This document shows, in pieces, positions 16,564 to 25,730 of a stretch of 64,000 nucleotides of DNA; the stretch's first letter is position 1, and each line of letters starts with the position of its first letter. The notes beneath the pieces are model-generated. The model was not told the DNA's origin and made no database searches. It was given only the letters and a program-made list of their open reading frames with translations. The stretch comes from Parcubacteria group bacterium. Lineage in GTDB: Bacteria; Patescibacteriota; Minisyncoccia; Minisyncoccales; UBA10102. The position numbers and the translations under genes are program-made. The DNA is taken from contig JACQLT010000001.1 in assembly GCA_016203945.1 (NCBI GenBank), positions 6,645 through 70,644 on the forward strand, written 5' to 3'.

Positions 16564-17028
16564 TCAAGAAAATACGGAGAATAATCCGAGACTGACCATT
16601 GTCACAACGGCTCCCCCGAGCATGGACCCTATGACGAGCAACGGAAACGCTTGCCGCAAGGACATGCCAAAGGCAAAGGCCGCAATGGCTCCGGTCCATC
16701 CTCCTACGAAAGGAATCGGAGTCGCAACAAGAAGCAGAACCGTGGCATTCTTGCCCCAGCGTTCAGCCGTGGATTGATGAGTTCTTCGTGTGTGTTCAAA
16801 CACCCGAGACGCAATGCTTCCCAAGAATGGCATATGCCTTGTAAAAAACTTTAGGAAGAGGTTGCCAGTCCCTACGATCAGGCACAAGGGCACGAGATTC
16901 CCAAGCACTGACCACACGTACGCTGACCACACGGGCATGTCGGAATAATGGAGAGCCCAGGGGATGGCGCCCCGCAACTCAACAATCGGAGACATGGCAA
17001 TAAGAAATGTTTTGAGTTCCGGAGTCAT
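16564..17028 (-). CDS. small membrane protein (putative small multidrug export family, COG2426-like)
   Basis: 4 predicted TM helices; SPIVELRGAIPWAL N-terminal motif. Confidence 0.45.
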   Translation of the reverse strand: MTPELKTFLIAMSPIVELRGAIPWALHYSDMPVWSAYVWSVLGNLVPLCLIVGTGNLFLKFFTRHMPFLGSIASRVFEHTRRTHQSTAERWGKNATVLLLVATPIPFVGGWTGAIAAFAFGMSLRQAFPLLVIGSMLGGAVVTMVSLGLFSVFS

Positions 17029-18041
17029 TGTTTGCGCAAAAAAGCTGCTGCTTGTTCCGGCTCAATGGTGGATATCTCAATACCCGTGCTAATCTCAAAC
17101 CCCGCCCAGGTTGAGGTCTTGGGGAATATCTCCAGGTGCCAGTGGTAATACATGTGCTTTCCTTCGTCCACGGGAGCCGTGTGGATGAAATAGTTGTAGT
17201 CGGGATTATTCAGGGCCCTTGAGAGCTTCTTCATGGCAACCAACAAGACTTCTGAGAACTGTTCTTTCTGTCGCTCGATTATCTGTTCAAAATACGAAAG
17301 GTGCGCCTTGGGATACACACGGACCTCAAATGCAACCCTTGAAGCGAACGGGCACAGGACAACAAAGGCGTCGTTTTCAAAGACGATGCGCTTCTTCTCC
17401 TTCAGATCCCACTCCAGCATGCTGCAGTGCACGCATGTGTTGTATGTGACAAAATATTGTTTTGATCCCCGCAGGCTACGCTGGATGTCTGCTGCGATGA
17501 CCGGGGTCGCGATGAGCTGGGAATGTGGGTGGGCGATGGTCGCTCCCGCAGCCTTTCCCTTGTTCTTGAAGATAGAAATGTAATCTACAAACTCTTTTTT
17601 CATGAGGCTCAAGTACCGCTCTTGGTAAACATCTATAAGCTCTTTTGTTTCTGACAAGGAAAATTCAGGGATGTCTCTCGTGTGGTCCTTCGTAATGATT
17701 ACCTCATGGAATCCCACGCCCTCCATGGTCTGATAGGGACCGATGATGCTTGTGTGGGGAGAAGCAATGGGAGAAAACGCCGGATACTTGTTCGGGATTG
17801 CGATGGTGCTCCATGCCGACCCCTGCCCAACCTGTTTTCCATTCAAGAAAATGGCAGTAGGCTTCTCCTGCTCATCAAGTTTCTCAAAGGGACATGCGGA
17901 AGCAGAATCTTCCACCGAAACCCGCGCATCTTTCTGAAACGTTTCGGGACGCCGCGCGCGTCCGGTTGCGATCAGTACCCAGTCCTGAGAGACAGGATCC
18001 AATCTAAGCTCTGAGGGAAACTTTTGCTTCTTATCTTTCAT
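17025..18041 (-). CDS. galactose-1-phosphate uridylyltransferase-like (GalT/HIT superfamily)
   Basis: NKYPAF and HPHSQL (HxHxQ) motifs, two half-barrel repeats. Confidence 0.7.
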   Translation of the reverse strand: MKDKKQKFPSELRLDPVSQDWVLIATGRARRPETFQKDARVSVEDSASACPFEKLDEQEKPTAIFLNGKQVGQGSAWSTIAIPNKYPAFSPIASPHTSIIGPYQTMEGVGFHEVIITKDHTRDIPEFSLSETKELIDVYQERYLSLMKKEFVDYISIFKNKGKAAGATIAHPHSQLIATPVIAADIQRSLRGSKQYFVTYNTCVHCSMLEWDLKEKKRIVFENDAFVVLCPFASRVAFEVRVYPKAHLSYFEQIIERQKEQFSEVLLVAMKKLSRALNNPDYNYFIHTAPVDEGKHMYYHWHLEIFPKTSTWAGFEISTGIEISTIEPEQAAAFLRKQ

Positions 18042-18783
18042 ATATTCCTTTCCAAAGGTTAATCCTGATTTTCAATACTTCAAGCAGCATCTTTATCATG
18101 CCAGACAGCTTCACCCTGCTATTGGGATCATTGATCCATCTGACCGGAATCTCTTGTATTTTGTATTTGCGTTTCTTCGCCAGGACGAGAATTTCTACGT
18201 CAAACGCCCACCTGTCAATAGTGGCCCGCGAAAACAATTCTTCCGCCGCCTTTCTGGTAAATCCCTTAAACCCGCACTGCGTGTCCCATATGCCCCAGAG
18301 GCCCGAGATGGTCTGGACGATGAGGTTAAAGATATCTCCCAGGCGCATCCGCAGCCAAGACTGGGGCACAGGAAGCTCGGCTCCCTTGATGTCGCGGGAA
18401 CCAATGACCACCTCAAATCCCTTTTCTCCGCCAGAGGCGGACCCGCCTTGGGCGGGAAACCATGGCCACATTCGTTCCACCTGATCTACCGAAGTTGAGT
18501 TGTCGGCATCCATAAACAGGCGAAAGTCCCCGTGCGCAGCCAGCATGCCCTGTTTTACCGTGTATCCCTTTCCACGATTCTCCTTGCGATCAATAAGCCA
18601 AAGATTCTTGATAGATTCCGCCGCCTGCCGCACCACGTCTGCCGTGCTGTCTTTGGAGCCGTCGTTCACCACCAGAATCTCGTATTTATAGGATTGCCTC
18701 CTCAAGTATTCATCCACCGCCTTCAAGGTATTCGGAAGGCGCTCTGCCTCGTTGTATGCGGGAATAATAACAGATAATCGCAT
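18031..18783 (-). CDS. family 2 glycosyltransferase (dolichyl/polyprenyl-phosphate hexosyltransferase-like)
   Basis: SVIIPAYNE, VNDGSKDST, DADNS motifs. Confidence 0.8.
   Translation of the reverse strand: MRLSVIIPAYNEAERLPNTLKAVDEYLRRQSYKYEILVVNDGSKDSTADVVRQAAESIKNLWLIDRKENRGKGYTVKQGMLAAHGDFRLFMDADNSTSVDQVERMWPWFPAQGGSASGGEKGFEVVIGSRDIKGAELPVPQSWLRMRLGDIFNLIVQTISGLWGIWDTQCGFKGFTRKAAEELFSRATIDRWAFDVEILVLAKKRKYKIQEIPVRWINDPNSRVKLSGMIKMLLEVLKIRINLWKGIYER
18427..18456 (-). repeat. family A element, glycosyltransferase copy
   Basis: tccgccagaggcgga|cccgccttgggcggg; encodes PAQGGSASGG. Confidence 0.8.
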
Positions 18784-18801
18784 TACGCTATTGTAGCAAA
18801 A

Positions 18802-19551
18802 TTACCTCACCTTCGTCAGTATCTCGGGCCCCTTCTTGGTAATAGCAATGGTATCTTCAAAATGGCAGGATAGGGAGCCGTCTTCGGTCGTAAAGCCGTG
18901 ACCGTCTTTCATATGCTTGAGTTTCCAATGGCCTTGGGTCACCATGGGCTCTATACAAATAACCATGCCTTCTTTCAGCGTTTCCCCTTCGTGCCGCTTG
19001 CCGAAGTTCGCAACCTTGGGGTCCTCGTGCAGTTCTTTTCCGATGCCGTGGCCGCACAACTCCCGCACGACCTGATATCCCTGGCCTTCCACAAATCGCT
19101 GGATTGTTTCCCCTATATCCCCGACCGTATTCCCTACGGTCGCCTTCTTCACGCCGAGGCGCAGCGCTTTTTTGGTCACATCAATCAGATGGCGGGTTTC
19201 GGGAGTGACAGCACCGACTCTGAGCGTGCGCGCCATATCCAGATAGAACCCCTTCCAAATGCATCCGATGTCCAGTGTGATGATATCTCCATCTTTGAAC
19301 ACGCGCTTTGAGGGAACCACGTGGACAATCTCCTCGTTCACCGAGATGCAGATGGCACCGGGAAACCCGTGGTACCCCTGAAACGCCACCTGGGCACCTG
19401 ACTGCACGATGAGTTTTTTTGCCGCCCCATCTAATTCCTTGGTGGTGACTCCCGGCCGCACCATAAACTGCAGTTGCTTCATGATGAGGGCGAGCTTCCT
19501 GCCGCCTTCGCGCATGCAGGCCAACTCTTCAGGACTCTTAATGGATATCAT
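18802..19551 (-). CDS. map: type I methionine aminopeptidase
   Basis: Pita-bread metal ligands context (DIGCIW..., GHGIG, EPM). Confidence 0.9.
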   Translation of the reverse strand: MISIKSPEELACMREGGRKLALIMKQLQFMVRPGVTTKELDGAAKKLIVQSGAQVAFQGYHGFPGAICISVNEEIVHVVPSKRVFKDGDIITLDIGCIWKGFYLDMARTLRVGAVTPETRHLIDVTKKALRLGVKKATVGNTVGDIGETIQRFVEGQGYQVVRELCGHGIGKELHEDPKVANFGKRHEGETLKEGMVICIEPMVTQGHWKLKHMKDGHGFTTEDGSLSCHFEDTIAITKKGPEILTKVR

Positions 19552-20144
19552 CTGATGCCAAGCTTCTTGAGCTTGCGAAGGATGTCTTTATGGATTGTCT
19601 CTACGCTGCGTTCTCCGTCAATATCAACACGGATGTCTTTCCTTTGATAGAATCTCAGCACCGGTATGACCTCGATTCTAAACCATGCCAAACGCCTTTT
19701 GATATCGTCTCTATCATCATCATGGCGATCGCGCTTTAAAAGACGCTTCATCGCCTCCTCGGGAGAAATGATGAGGTTCAGCACAATCATGTTTTGTCCC
19801 CACCCGTAAAAATCCAGCGCCTCGTCTAACATACGGGCTTCGTAGAGCTTGCGGGGAGACCCGTCAAGAATCACCCCCTTAAACTTTTTATCGTGGCGAA
19901 AGCGTTCCAGCCGCGGCATCCAGAGCTGGAACACGAGAGGCGTGGGAACCAATCCCCCAACATTCATAACTTTCTTCAGGGTCCGACCTACAAAATCTCT
20001 ATGCTTATTCCGTTCTCTCAAAAGAGCGCCTGTGCTAAGATGTTCAAATTTGAATTTCTTTTCCAGGAGAGCGGCTTGAGTTCCTTTTCCAGAACCCGGC
20101 CTTCCCAGAATGACGATAAGATAGGGTTTTCGTAAAGAAGGCAT
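19548..20144 (-). CDS. adk: adenylate kinase
   Basis: P-loop GRPGSGKGTQ, between secY and map. Confidence 0.85.
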   Translation of the reverse strand: MPSLRKPYLIVILGRPGSGKGTQAALLEKKFKFEHLSTGALLRERNKHRDFVGRTLKKVMNVGGLVPTPLVFQLWMPRLERFRHDKKFKGVILDGSPRKLYEARMLDEALDFYGWGQNMIVLNLIISPEEAMKRLLKRDRHDDDRDDIKRRLAWFRIEVIPVLRFYQRKDIRVDIDGERSVETIHKDILRKLKKLGIR

Positions 20145-20148
20145 GTCT

Positions 20149-21429
20149 CTAAAACGTATCGTAATCTCTCATTTGAAGCTGCGAGCGCAACTGCCGTATG
20201 GTTTCAAGCACCACGCTCACAAGAATGAGGAGGGAAGTTCCTCCTACGAGAAATTGAAATGTCTGCACGCCGGTCGCCCCCTGAACAATAGCTGGCATCA
20301 AGGCAACCGATCCCAGAAAGAGAGCGCCGATGAGAAGAATTCGGTTCAAGACATAGCTCAAAAAGTGAGTTGTCGAGATCCCAGGCCGCACGCCGGGAAC
20401 AAACCCTCCCATCTTCTGAAGGTTGGAGGCGATGGCTTTCGGGTCAAAGGTCACCGACGTGTAGAAATAGGTGAAGACGCCCACGAGCAGGAAATAGGAG
20501 AACCCGTACGTCCATGGATTGGCGACAAAGTTCTGAACGGCCTGCGCGATACTTCCCAAGATGCCGGGAGACGCCTGGAAAAACGAGGCTATCATACCAG
20601 GAAACAGCAAAAGGGACAGCGCGAATATGATGGGGATCACGCCTGCCGGGTTCACGTTGAGCGGAAGATACGTTGAGACCCCTCCGTACATCCTGTTCCC
20701 CCGCACGCGCTTGGCGTAGGAGACCGGGATATTTCTCCTGGCGTCGGTGATCATGACCACTCCTGCGATGATAAGGAATGAGACCACGAAGAACGCAAGA
20801 TACGGCACGGCCTGGGAAGCATCCCAAGTGAGAAACAACTGCCTGATAGACGTGGGTAGGCTGGACACGATGCCAGCAAAAATGAGCAGGGATACTCCGT
20901 TCCCAATGCCTTTTTCTGAGATGAGCTCTCCTAACCACATGAGGAACACGGTGCCCGCGGTGATCGTAAGAAGCGTAGGGATGAGGGAGATGAGCGAGAA
21001 CTGATCAATGACCTGCTGCCTGACGAGAATCGTCAGGAACGCGTATCCCTGAAAAAACGCAAAGGGCACGGTGAGCATGCGGCCGTATTGATTGAACTTC
21101 TGCTTTCCCTGCTCCCCCTCTTCTTTGTAGAGTTTCTCCAAAGCCGGGAAGATCATCGTCAGGAGCTGGAGCACGATGGTTGCCGTAATATAGGGCCCAA
21201 CTCCGAGCATGACGATGGAAAGATTGTCTAAGGCCCCCCCGGTAAAGACGTTGAGCAATCCAAAGAGCTGGTTCCCGGCAAAAAATTCGCGGAGTCGCTC
21301 TTGATCGATCGCCGGAATGGGAATGTTCGCCATTATGCGGAATATGACGAGTATGCCGAATACGAAAAGAAGCTTGTTTCGAAGCTCTGGAATCTTGAAT
21401 ATTTGTATTGCTTTTAAAAGCCAGTTCAT
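20149..21429 (-). CDS. secY: preprotein translocase subunit SecY
   Basis: 10-TM SecY-like 426 aa. Confidence 0.93.
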   Translation of the reverse strand: MNWLLKAIQIFKIPELRNKLLFVFGILVIFRIMANIPIPAIDQERLREFFAGNQLFGLLNVFTGGALDNLSIVMLGVGPYITATIVLQLLTMIFPALEKLYKEEGEQGKQKFNQYGRMLTVPFAFFQGYAFLTILVRQQVIDQFSLISLIPTLLTITAGTVFLMWLGELISEKGIGNGVSLLIFAGIVSSLPTSIRQLFLTWDASQAVPYLAFFVVSFLIIAGVVMITDARRNIPVSYAKRVRGNRMYGGVSTYLPLNVNPAGVIPIIFALSLLLFPGMIASFFQASPGILGSIAQAVQNFVANPWTYGFSYFLLVGVFTYFYTSVTFDPKAIASNLQKMGGFVPGVRPGISTTHFLSYVLNRILLIGALFLGSVALMPAIVQGATGVQTFQFLVGGTSLLILVSVVLETIRQLRSQLQMRDYDTF

Positions 21430-21857
21430 GTGATTTTCCCGCCCGCTTTCTCAATTTTCGCCTTTGCGCTCTTGGAAACTTCGCATCCCTGAATGGTAAA
21501 AGACTTGGACATCTCTCCTCTTCCGAGGATTTTCACTCCGGACGTCTTCCCTTCCATTCTACGAATAATCTTGCGTTCAAGCAAAAGCTCAGGAGTCACG
21601 GTCGTTCCCGGTTCAAATCGGCTCTCAAGCACGTCAACGTTGAGCGTTGCTTTCCTAGTACGCAATATCTTGGCTCTTGTGCCGCGCAGTTTGGGATAGC
21701 GCTTGATGAGTTCGCGTATGGAAGGGGGGAACTTGCCGCCGGCTCTCGCTCCCTGCCCTTTCATGCCTCGGCCCGCATACGTTCCCCGTTTTCCTCCGCG
21801 TCCCACACGTTTCTTCTTTTTGCGCTTATGGATTGGTCGCAACTCGTGTAATTGCAT
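21426..21857 (-). CDS. rplO: 50S ribosomal protein L15
   Basis: KRVGRGGKRGTYAGRG motif. Confidence 0.9.
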   Translation of the reverse strand: MQLHELRPIHKRKKKKRVGRGGKRGTYAGRGMKGQGARAGGKFPPSIRELIKRYPKLRGTRAKILRTRKATLNVDVLESRFEPGTTVTPELLLERKIIRRMEGKTSGVKILGRGEMSKSFTIQGCEVSKSAKAKIEKAGGKIT

Positions 21858-21859
21858 AA

Positions 21860-22423
21860 TTAAGATTCTAATGAATTTGTTTCGCCCACCTGCAACGCTT
21901 GATGCGTAGCGTCTGCGGGCAGGGATTTCGTGCTTCGTGCTTTGAGTTTGCGCAATGCTTCTATCGTAGCCATGGCGTTGTTGAGCGGATTCTTTGTCTT
22001 GCTCAGGAATTTCGCCGAAACGTTCGCAATCCCCGCGCGCTCGCAGATCACGCGCACGGCTCCCCCCGCAATCAATCCCCTACCTTTGGGTATGGGTTTT
22101 AAGAGCACGCGCGAAGCCCCGAACTTCGCCTCTACCTGGTGCGCAATGGTTTCGTTTACTATGGGCACGTCAACAAGATGCTTGCGGGCGGCCCGGGTTG
22201 CTTTTGCCACCGCCTGCTGGACGTCCTGACCCTTGCCGATGCCGACTCCCACCTTCCCTTTCTTGTTTCCCACGACCACGGTTGCCCGAAAGCGAAATTT
22301 CCTGCCGCCGGCTGCCACTCTTGTGACGCGGGCAAGATCCAAGGTTTTTCCCTCAAACTCATCCCTGGGTCCCCTGGAACCTCTCCTATCTCCTCTTCTA
22401 TTGTTTTCTCTTCGTTGCATCAT
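21860..22423 (-). CDS. rpsE: 30S ribosomal protein S5
   Basis: VTRVAAGGRKFRFRATVVVGN..., basic N-terminal extension. Confidence 0.92.
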   Translation of the reverse strand: MMQRRENNRRGDRRGSRGPRDEFEGKTLDLARVTRVAAGGRKFRFRATVVVGNKKGKVGVGIGKGQDVQQAVAKATRAARKHLVDVPIVNETIAHQVEAKFGASRVLLKPIPKGRGLIAGGAVRVICERAGIANVSAKFLSKTKNPLNNAMATIEALRKLKARSTKSLPADATHQALQVGETNSLES

Positions 22424-22439
22424 GGTCAGAATTGAACAC

Positions 22440-22808
22440 TCAAAATATCAATCCTCCTTCCCGCGCCCCTTCGGCCAAGGCCTTTACGAGGCCGTGATAC
22501 TTGTATCCTCCGCGGTCAAACACAACCTTTGAGATTTTCTTTGTTTTCGCCTTGCTCGCAATCGCGCTTCCGATTTCCTTTGCCACATGTTGCGGCTTCT
22601 TTTTTATCTTTGTGGTTATATCGCGGTCAGAATAACTCATAAGAACGTTTCCCGCCTCGTCGTCAATGAGGCTGGCATACAGATGCTGATTTGAGCGGAA
22701 CACCATAAGGCGGGGTACCTTCACGGTGCCCTGAATCCGGCCCCGAACCCTGCGGTGACGCCGCATTCTTCGTTCTCTTTTCGTTGATGGATTCCTGTTC
22801 GTTCTCAT
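22440..22808 (-). CDS. rplR: 50S ribosomal protein L18
   Basis: L18-like ...RLMVFRSNQHLYASLIDD...FDRGGYKYHG. Confidence 0.92.
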   Translation of the reverse strand: MRTNRNPSTKRERRMRRHRRVRGRIQGTVKVPRLMVFRSNQHLYASLIDDEAGNVLMSYSDRDITTKIKKKPQHVAKEIGSAIASKAKTKKISKVVFDRGGYKYHGLVKALAEGAREGGLIF

Positions 22809-22816
22809 ATGATTTT

Positions 22817-23377
22817 TTATGCCTTGCCCGCAGATACCACGGCTTTCTTGCCGAGCTTTCTTCTTACGAACTGTCCCTGGTACCGAATGCCCTTTCCCTT
22901 GTACGGCTCCACCGGCCTGACGCGTTTTACTGTTGCCGCAAACTGTCCCACCCGTTCCTTTGAAGCGCCTGATACGGTTATCAAGTTTTTCTCCACAACA
23001 ATCTGCAAGCCAGTCGGAATAGGAAACCTGATTGGTTTGCTGTATCCGACCGTAAGCACCAGGTCCTGCCCCTCAACTGCGGCGCGGTATCCAACTCCTT
23101 CAATTTCAAGCTTCTTGTCATATCCCTTGGTGACACCTTCCACCATGTTGGAAAGAAGCTGACGCGCCAATCCCCAGAGGGCCCGATCTTTCCTTGAAAG
23201 CTTGGCAGATTCCATGGGAGAAACGGTGATACTCTTCTTGTCTTGCTGCAGGTTCACGCGAGGGATGCGGTCCTGCCGCAACTCACCCTTAGGGCCTTTC
23301 ACGCGGATGCTCCCGGCATCTATCTGAACCTCAACTCCCGAAGGTATGAGGACTGGTTTTCTTCCGATTCTACTCAT
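22817..23377 (-). CDS. rplF: 50S ribosomal protein L6
   Basis: MSRIGRKPV..., two L6 repeats. Confidence 0.92.
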   Translation of the reverse strand: MSRIGRKPVLIPSGVEVQIDAGSIRVKGPKGELRQDRIPRVNLQQDKKSITVSPMESAKLSRKDRALWGLARQLLSNMVEGVTKGYDKKLEIEGVGYRAAVEGQDLVLTVGYSKPIRFPIPTGLQIVVEKNLITVSGASKERVGQFAATVKRVRPVEPYKGKGIRYQGQFVRRKLGKKAVVSAGKA

Positions 23378-23399
23378 AGTTTGAGCGTTAGCGAGAACT
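23378..23399 (-). repeat. 22-nt conserved sequence immediately upstream of rplF ATG
   Basis: agtttgagcgttagcgagaact, 20/22 identical to 23835-23856. Confidence 0.75.
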
Positions 23400-23441
23400 A
23401 TATGGTTCTGAGCGATAGCGAATGGTTCATATATGTATGTA

Positions 23442-23834
23442 TTACCATACTTCGCATAGTATTTCTCCTCCGCATCCCTGTTCTTTTGCCTCCTGGTCCG
23501 TCATCACGCCCTTAGAGGTTGAAATGATGCTGATGCCATATCCGCCTTTCACCCGCCTCAGCCGTGAAACTCCAGCATATCTCCTAACCCCGGGCTTTGA
23601 GACGCGCTTCAACCCTGCGATAGCGGCTTTACCGGTCTGAAGATACTTAAGCTCAAGCTCAAGGATTCTTCTGCCCCGAAGCTTGCGCATCTCCACTCCC
23701 CGTATAAATCCCTTGCGTTCCAGCACCTTGCTTATGGCAAGCTTCAGTTTGGAAAACGGGATCTCAACAAGCTCCTTTTTCAGGGCGCTTGCGTTCCGAA
23801 TCCGCGTCAACATGTCTGAGATTGGATCTGTCAT
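23442..23834 (-). CDS. rpsH: 30S ribosomal protein S8
   Basis: MTDPISDMLTRIRNA... Confidence 0.93.
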   Translation of the reverse strand: MTDPISDMLTRIRNASALKKELVEIPFSKLKLAISKVLERKGFIRGVEMRKLRGRRILELELKYLQTGKAAIAGLKRVSKPGVRRYAGVSRLRRVKGGYGISIISTSKGVMTDQEAKEQGCGGEILCEVW

Positions 23835-23856
23835 AGTTTAAGCGTTAACGAGAACT
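23835..23856 (-). repeat. 22-nt conserved sequence immediately upstream of rpsH ATG
   Basis: agtttaagcgttaacgagaact. Confidence 0.75.
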
Positions 23857-23863
23857 TGTCGAA

Positions 23864-24049
23864 CTACCAGCTTGATTTTTGTATTCCCGGAATCAACCCT
23901 TTGTTTGCCATTTCCCTGAAGCAAATTCGGCACAACCCGAAGTCTCTCATGAATGCCCGCTTCCTGCCGCATCGAAAACATCGACGCGTGATACGACTCG
24001 AGAACTTCGGCTTCTTCTTTGATTTTGCGATTTGCGCTTTGGTTGCCAT
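23864..24049 (-). CDS. rpsZ: 30S ribosomal protein S14 type Z (zinc form)
   Basis: 61 aa, CFRCGR...CRIC cysteines. Confidence 0.92.
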   Translation of the reverse strand: MATKAQIAKSKKKPKFSSRITRRCFRCGRKRAFMRDFGLCRICFREMANKGLIPGIQKSSW

Positions 24050-24058
24050 ATATATAAA

Positions 24059-24622
24059 TTACGCTTCCTTCTTGAATGGGAATCCGAGGAGTTTAAACAG
24101 CTCCAGGCCCTGTTCTTTGTTCGGAGCCGTAGTCACGACGGTCATTTCCAAGCCCAGAGAGGAACGGACCTTTTCTGGCGCTATTTCAGGAAAAAATATA
24201 TGTTCCTTAAAGCCAAGTGTCAAATTTCCCATGGGATCCACGGATTTGGGGTCAATCCCCCGAAAGTCGCGCGATCGGGGCAGCACGACGTGAATAACCT
24301 TGTCCAAAAAACTTTCCATGCGCCTCCCTCTCAATGTCACCTTTGCGCCCGACGCCATTCCTTTACGCAGCTTAAAAGTCGCAATAGAGACCTTGGCCTG
24401 CGTGAGCGCGGGCTTCTGCCCCGCGATGGCGGCGAGATCCTCCATAACAGCCGCGATGGTCTTTTCCCTATCCTGTCCGGTCTTTACTCCCACCAGTTTC
24501 CCGATGCCGATGTTCAACGCCACTTTCTCCAAACGGGGAACCGCCATGCTGTTGCCATAGCCAAACTTCTTTTTCATCTCCGGAACCGCCTCTTTTTGAT
24601 ATGTTTCCCGTATGTATTTCAT
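24059..24622 (-). CDS. rplE: 50S ribosomal protein L5
   Basis: L5-like; start at MKYIRETY gives ATGA overlap with rplX stop (alternative 24637). Confidence 0.9.
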   Translation of the reverse strand: MKYIRETYQKEAVPEMKKKFGYGNSMAVPRLEKVALNIGIGKLVGVKTGQDREKTIAAVMEDLAAIAGQKPALTQAKVSIATFKLRKGMASGAKVTLRGRRMESFLDKVIHVVLPRSRDFRGIDPKSVDPMGNLTLGFKEHIFFPEIAPEKVRSSLGLEMTVVTTAPNKEQGLELFKLLGFPFKKEA

Positions 24623-24939
24623 GTGGTTACTCCGCATTTCTTGCAGGTCCGGTGCTTCTCATCTCCCGCAAAGACAAATCCGACTCGCGTGGCTTTTCCG
24701 CAGTGCGAACACACAAGTTTCGCCTTGCCCGCAGAAAACGGGGCGGGGATCTGCACCACCTGTCCCTTCTCGCCCTGGCGCCGGGGCTTCGTATGCTTCT
24801 TTCTCATGTTCATCCCCTCCACGGTCAAGCGGCCCTGCTGAGGAAATACGCGCAGCACCTTTCCCTTTCGTCCCCGGTCCTTTCCCGAAATGATCAAGAC
24901 GGTGTCTCCCTTTTTTATTTTAGATCCGATTACGTTCAT
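24619..24939 (-). CDS. rplX: 50S ribosomal protein L24 (Cys4 C-terminal variant)
   Basis: KOW motif [16 protein letters not shown]; CSHCG...CKKCG. Confidence 0.9.
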   Translation of the reverse strand: MNVIGSKIKKGDTVLIISGKDRGRKGKVLRVFPQQGRLTVEGMNMRKKHTKPRRQGEKGQVVQIPAPFSAGKAKLVCSHCGKATRVGFVFAGDEKHRTCKKCGVTT

Positions 24940-25304
24940 ATGACTTCTGGAGCCAGCGTCGCTATTTTCACGAATCCTTTCTCGCGAATCTCCCGGGGAA
25001 TCGGACCGAAGATTCTTCCTCCCTTGGGCTCCTTGTCTTTTTCTAAGATAACGGCTGCGTTCTCGTCAAAGGAAATGTATGAGCCGTCTTTTCTTCGGTA
25101 CTGCTTCTTCTGACGCACGATGACCGCTTTCACCACTTCGTGCTTCTTGACCTGACGCCTGGGCTCTGCATCCTTGACCGCGGCCACGATGATGTCTCCA
25201 AGCTGGGCGTACCGTTTTCTGGTACCCCCCAACACCCTGAAACACTGAATGATTTTTGCCCCCGTGTTGTCGGCAACGGTAAGCATTGTGCGCGGCTGTA
25301 TCAT
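24936..25304 (-). CDS. rplN: 50S ribosomal protein L14
   Basis: [17 protein letters not shown]... Confidence 0.95.
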   Translation of the reverse strand: MIQPRTMLTVADNTGAKIIQCFRVLGGTRKRYAQLGDIIVAAVKDAEPRRQVKKHEVVKAVIVRQKKQYRRKDGSYISFDENAAVILEKDKEPKGGRIFGPIPREIREKGFVKIATLAPEVI

Positions 25305-25549
25305 GATTGGCTCTTCTCAATCTTCTGTACTACGCGCCATCGCTTATCTCGAGAAGCGGGCCTGGTCTCCTCAATGATGACTTTATCTCCAGTCTTATAT
25401 TCGTTGTTTTCGTCGTGCGCCTTGTAGCGGTTGTGCTGCTTGAAATACCTCAGGTATTTGGGGTGTTTCTTGATAGATTGGACTTCCACGACGACGGTTT
25501 TCTGCATCTTGTCTGAGACAACGATGCCTTCAAGTTTCTTTTTAGGCAT
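25301..25549 (-). CDS. rpsQ: 30S ribosomal protein S17
   Basis: [14 protein letters not shown]...KYKAHDENN. Confidence 0.92.
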   Translation of the reverse strand: MPKKKLEGIVVSDKMQKTVVVEVQSIKKHPKYLRYFKQHNRYKAHDENNEYKTGDKVIIEETRPASRDKRWRVVQKIEKSQS

Positions 25550-25730
25550 GATGGTTTTTACTCAAGGTAAGTATGCGCGAGATGACCTTTTTTGTATCCC
25601 GCACTTCTCGTATGTTCTTTACCTTTCCAGATGACATGTCAAACCTAAGCTGAGCTAACTTCACTCGCAACTCGGAAAGAAGATGCTGCAGCTCCACTTC
25701 TGATTTTCCTTGTAATTCTTTCGTATTCAT
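25542..25730 (-). CDS. rpmC: 50S ribosomal protein L29
   Basis: 62 aa, ELQ..L..L...LAQLRF pattern. Confidence 0.88.
   Translation of the reverse strand: MNTKELQGKSEVELQHLLSELRVKLAQLRFDMSSGKVKNIREVRDTKKVISRILTLSKNHHA

Noticed and set aside
24032-24841. 269-aa plus-strand ORF antisense to rplE and rplX
   Set aside because: It is antisense to highly conserved ribosomal genes, a typical GC-driven shadow ORF.
24619-24939. Cys4 zinc-ribbon-like C-terminus of L24 as a novelty
   Set aside because: The same CxxC…CxxC variant exists in Thermus L24, so it is a known C+ form.
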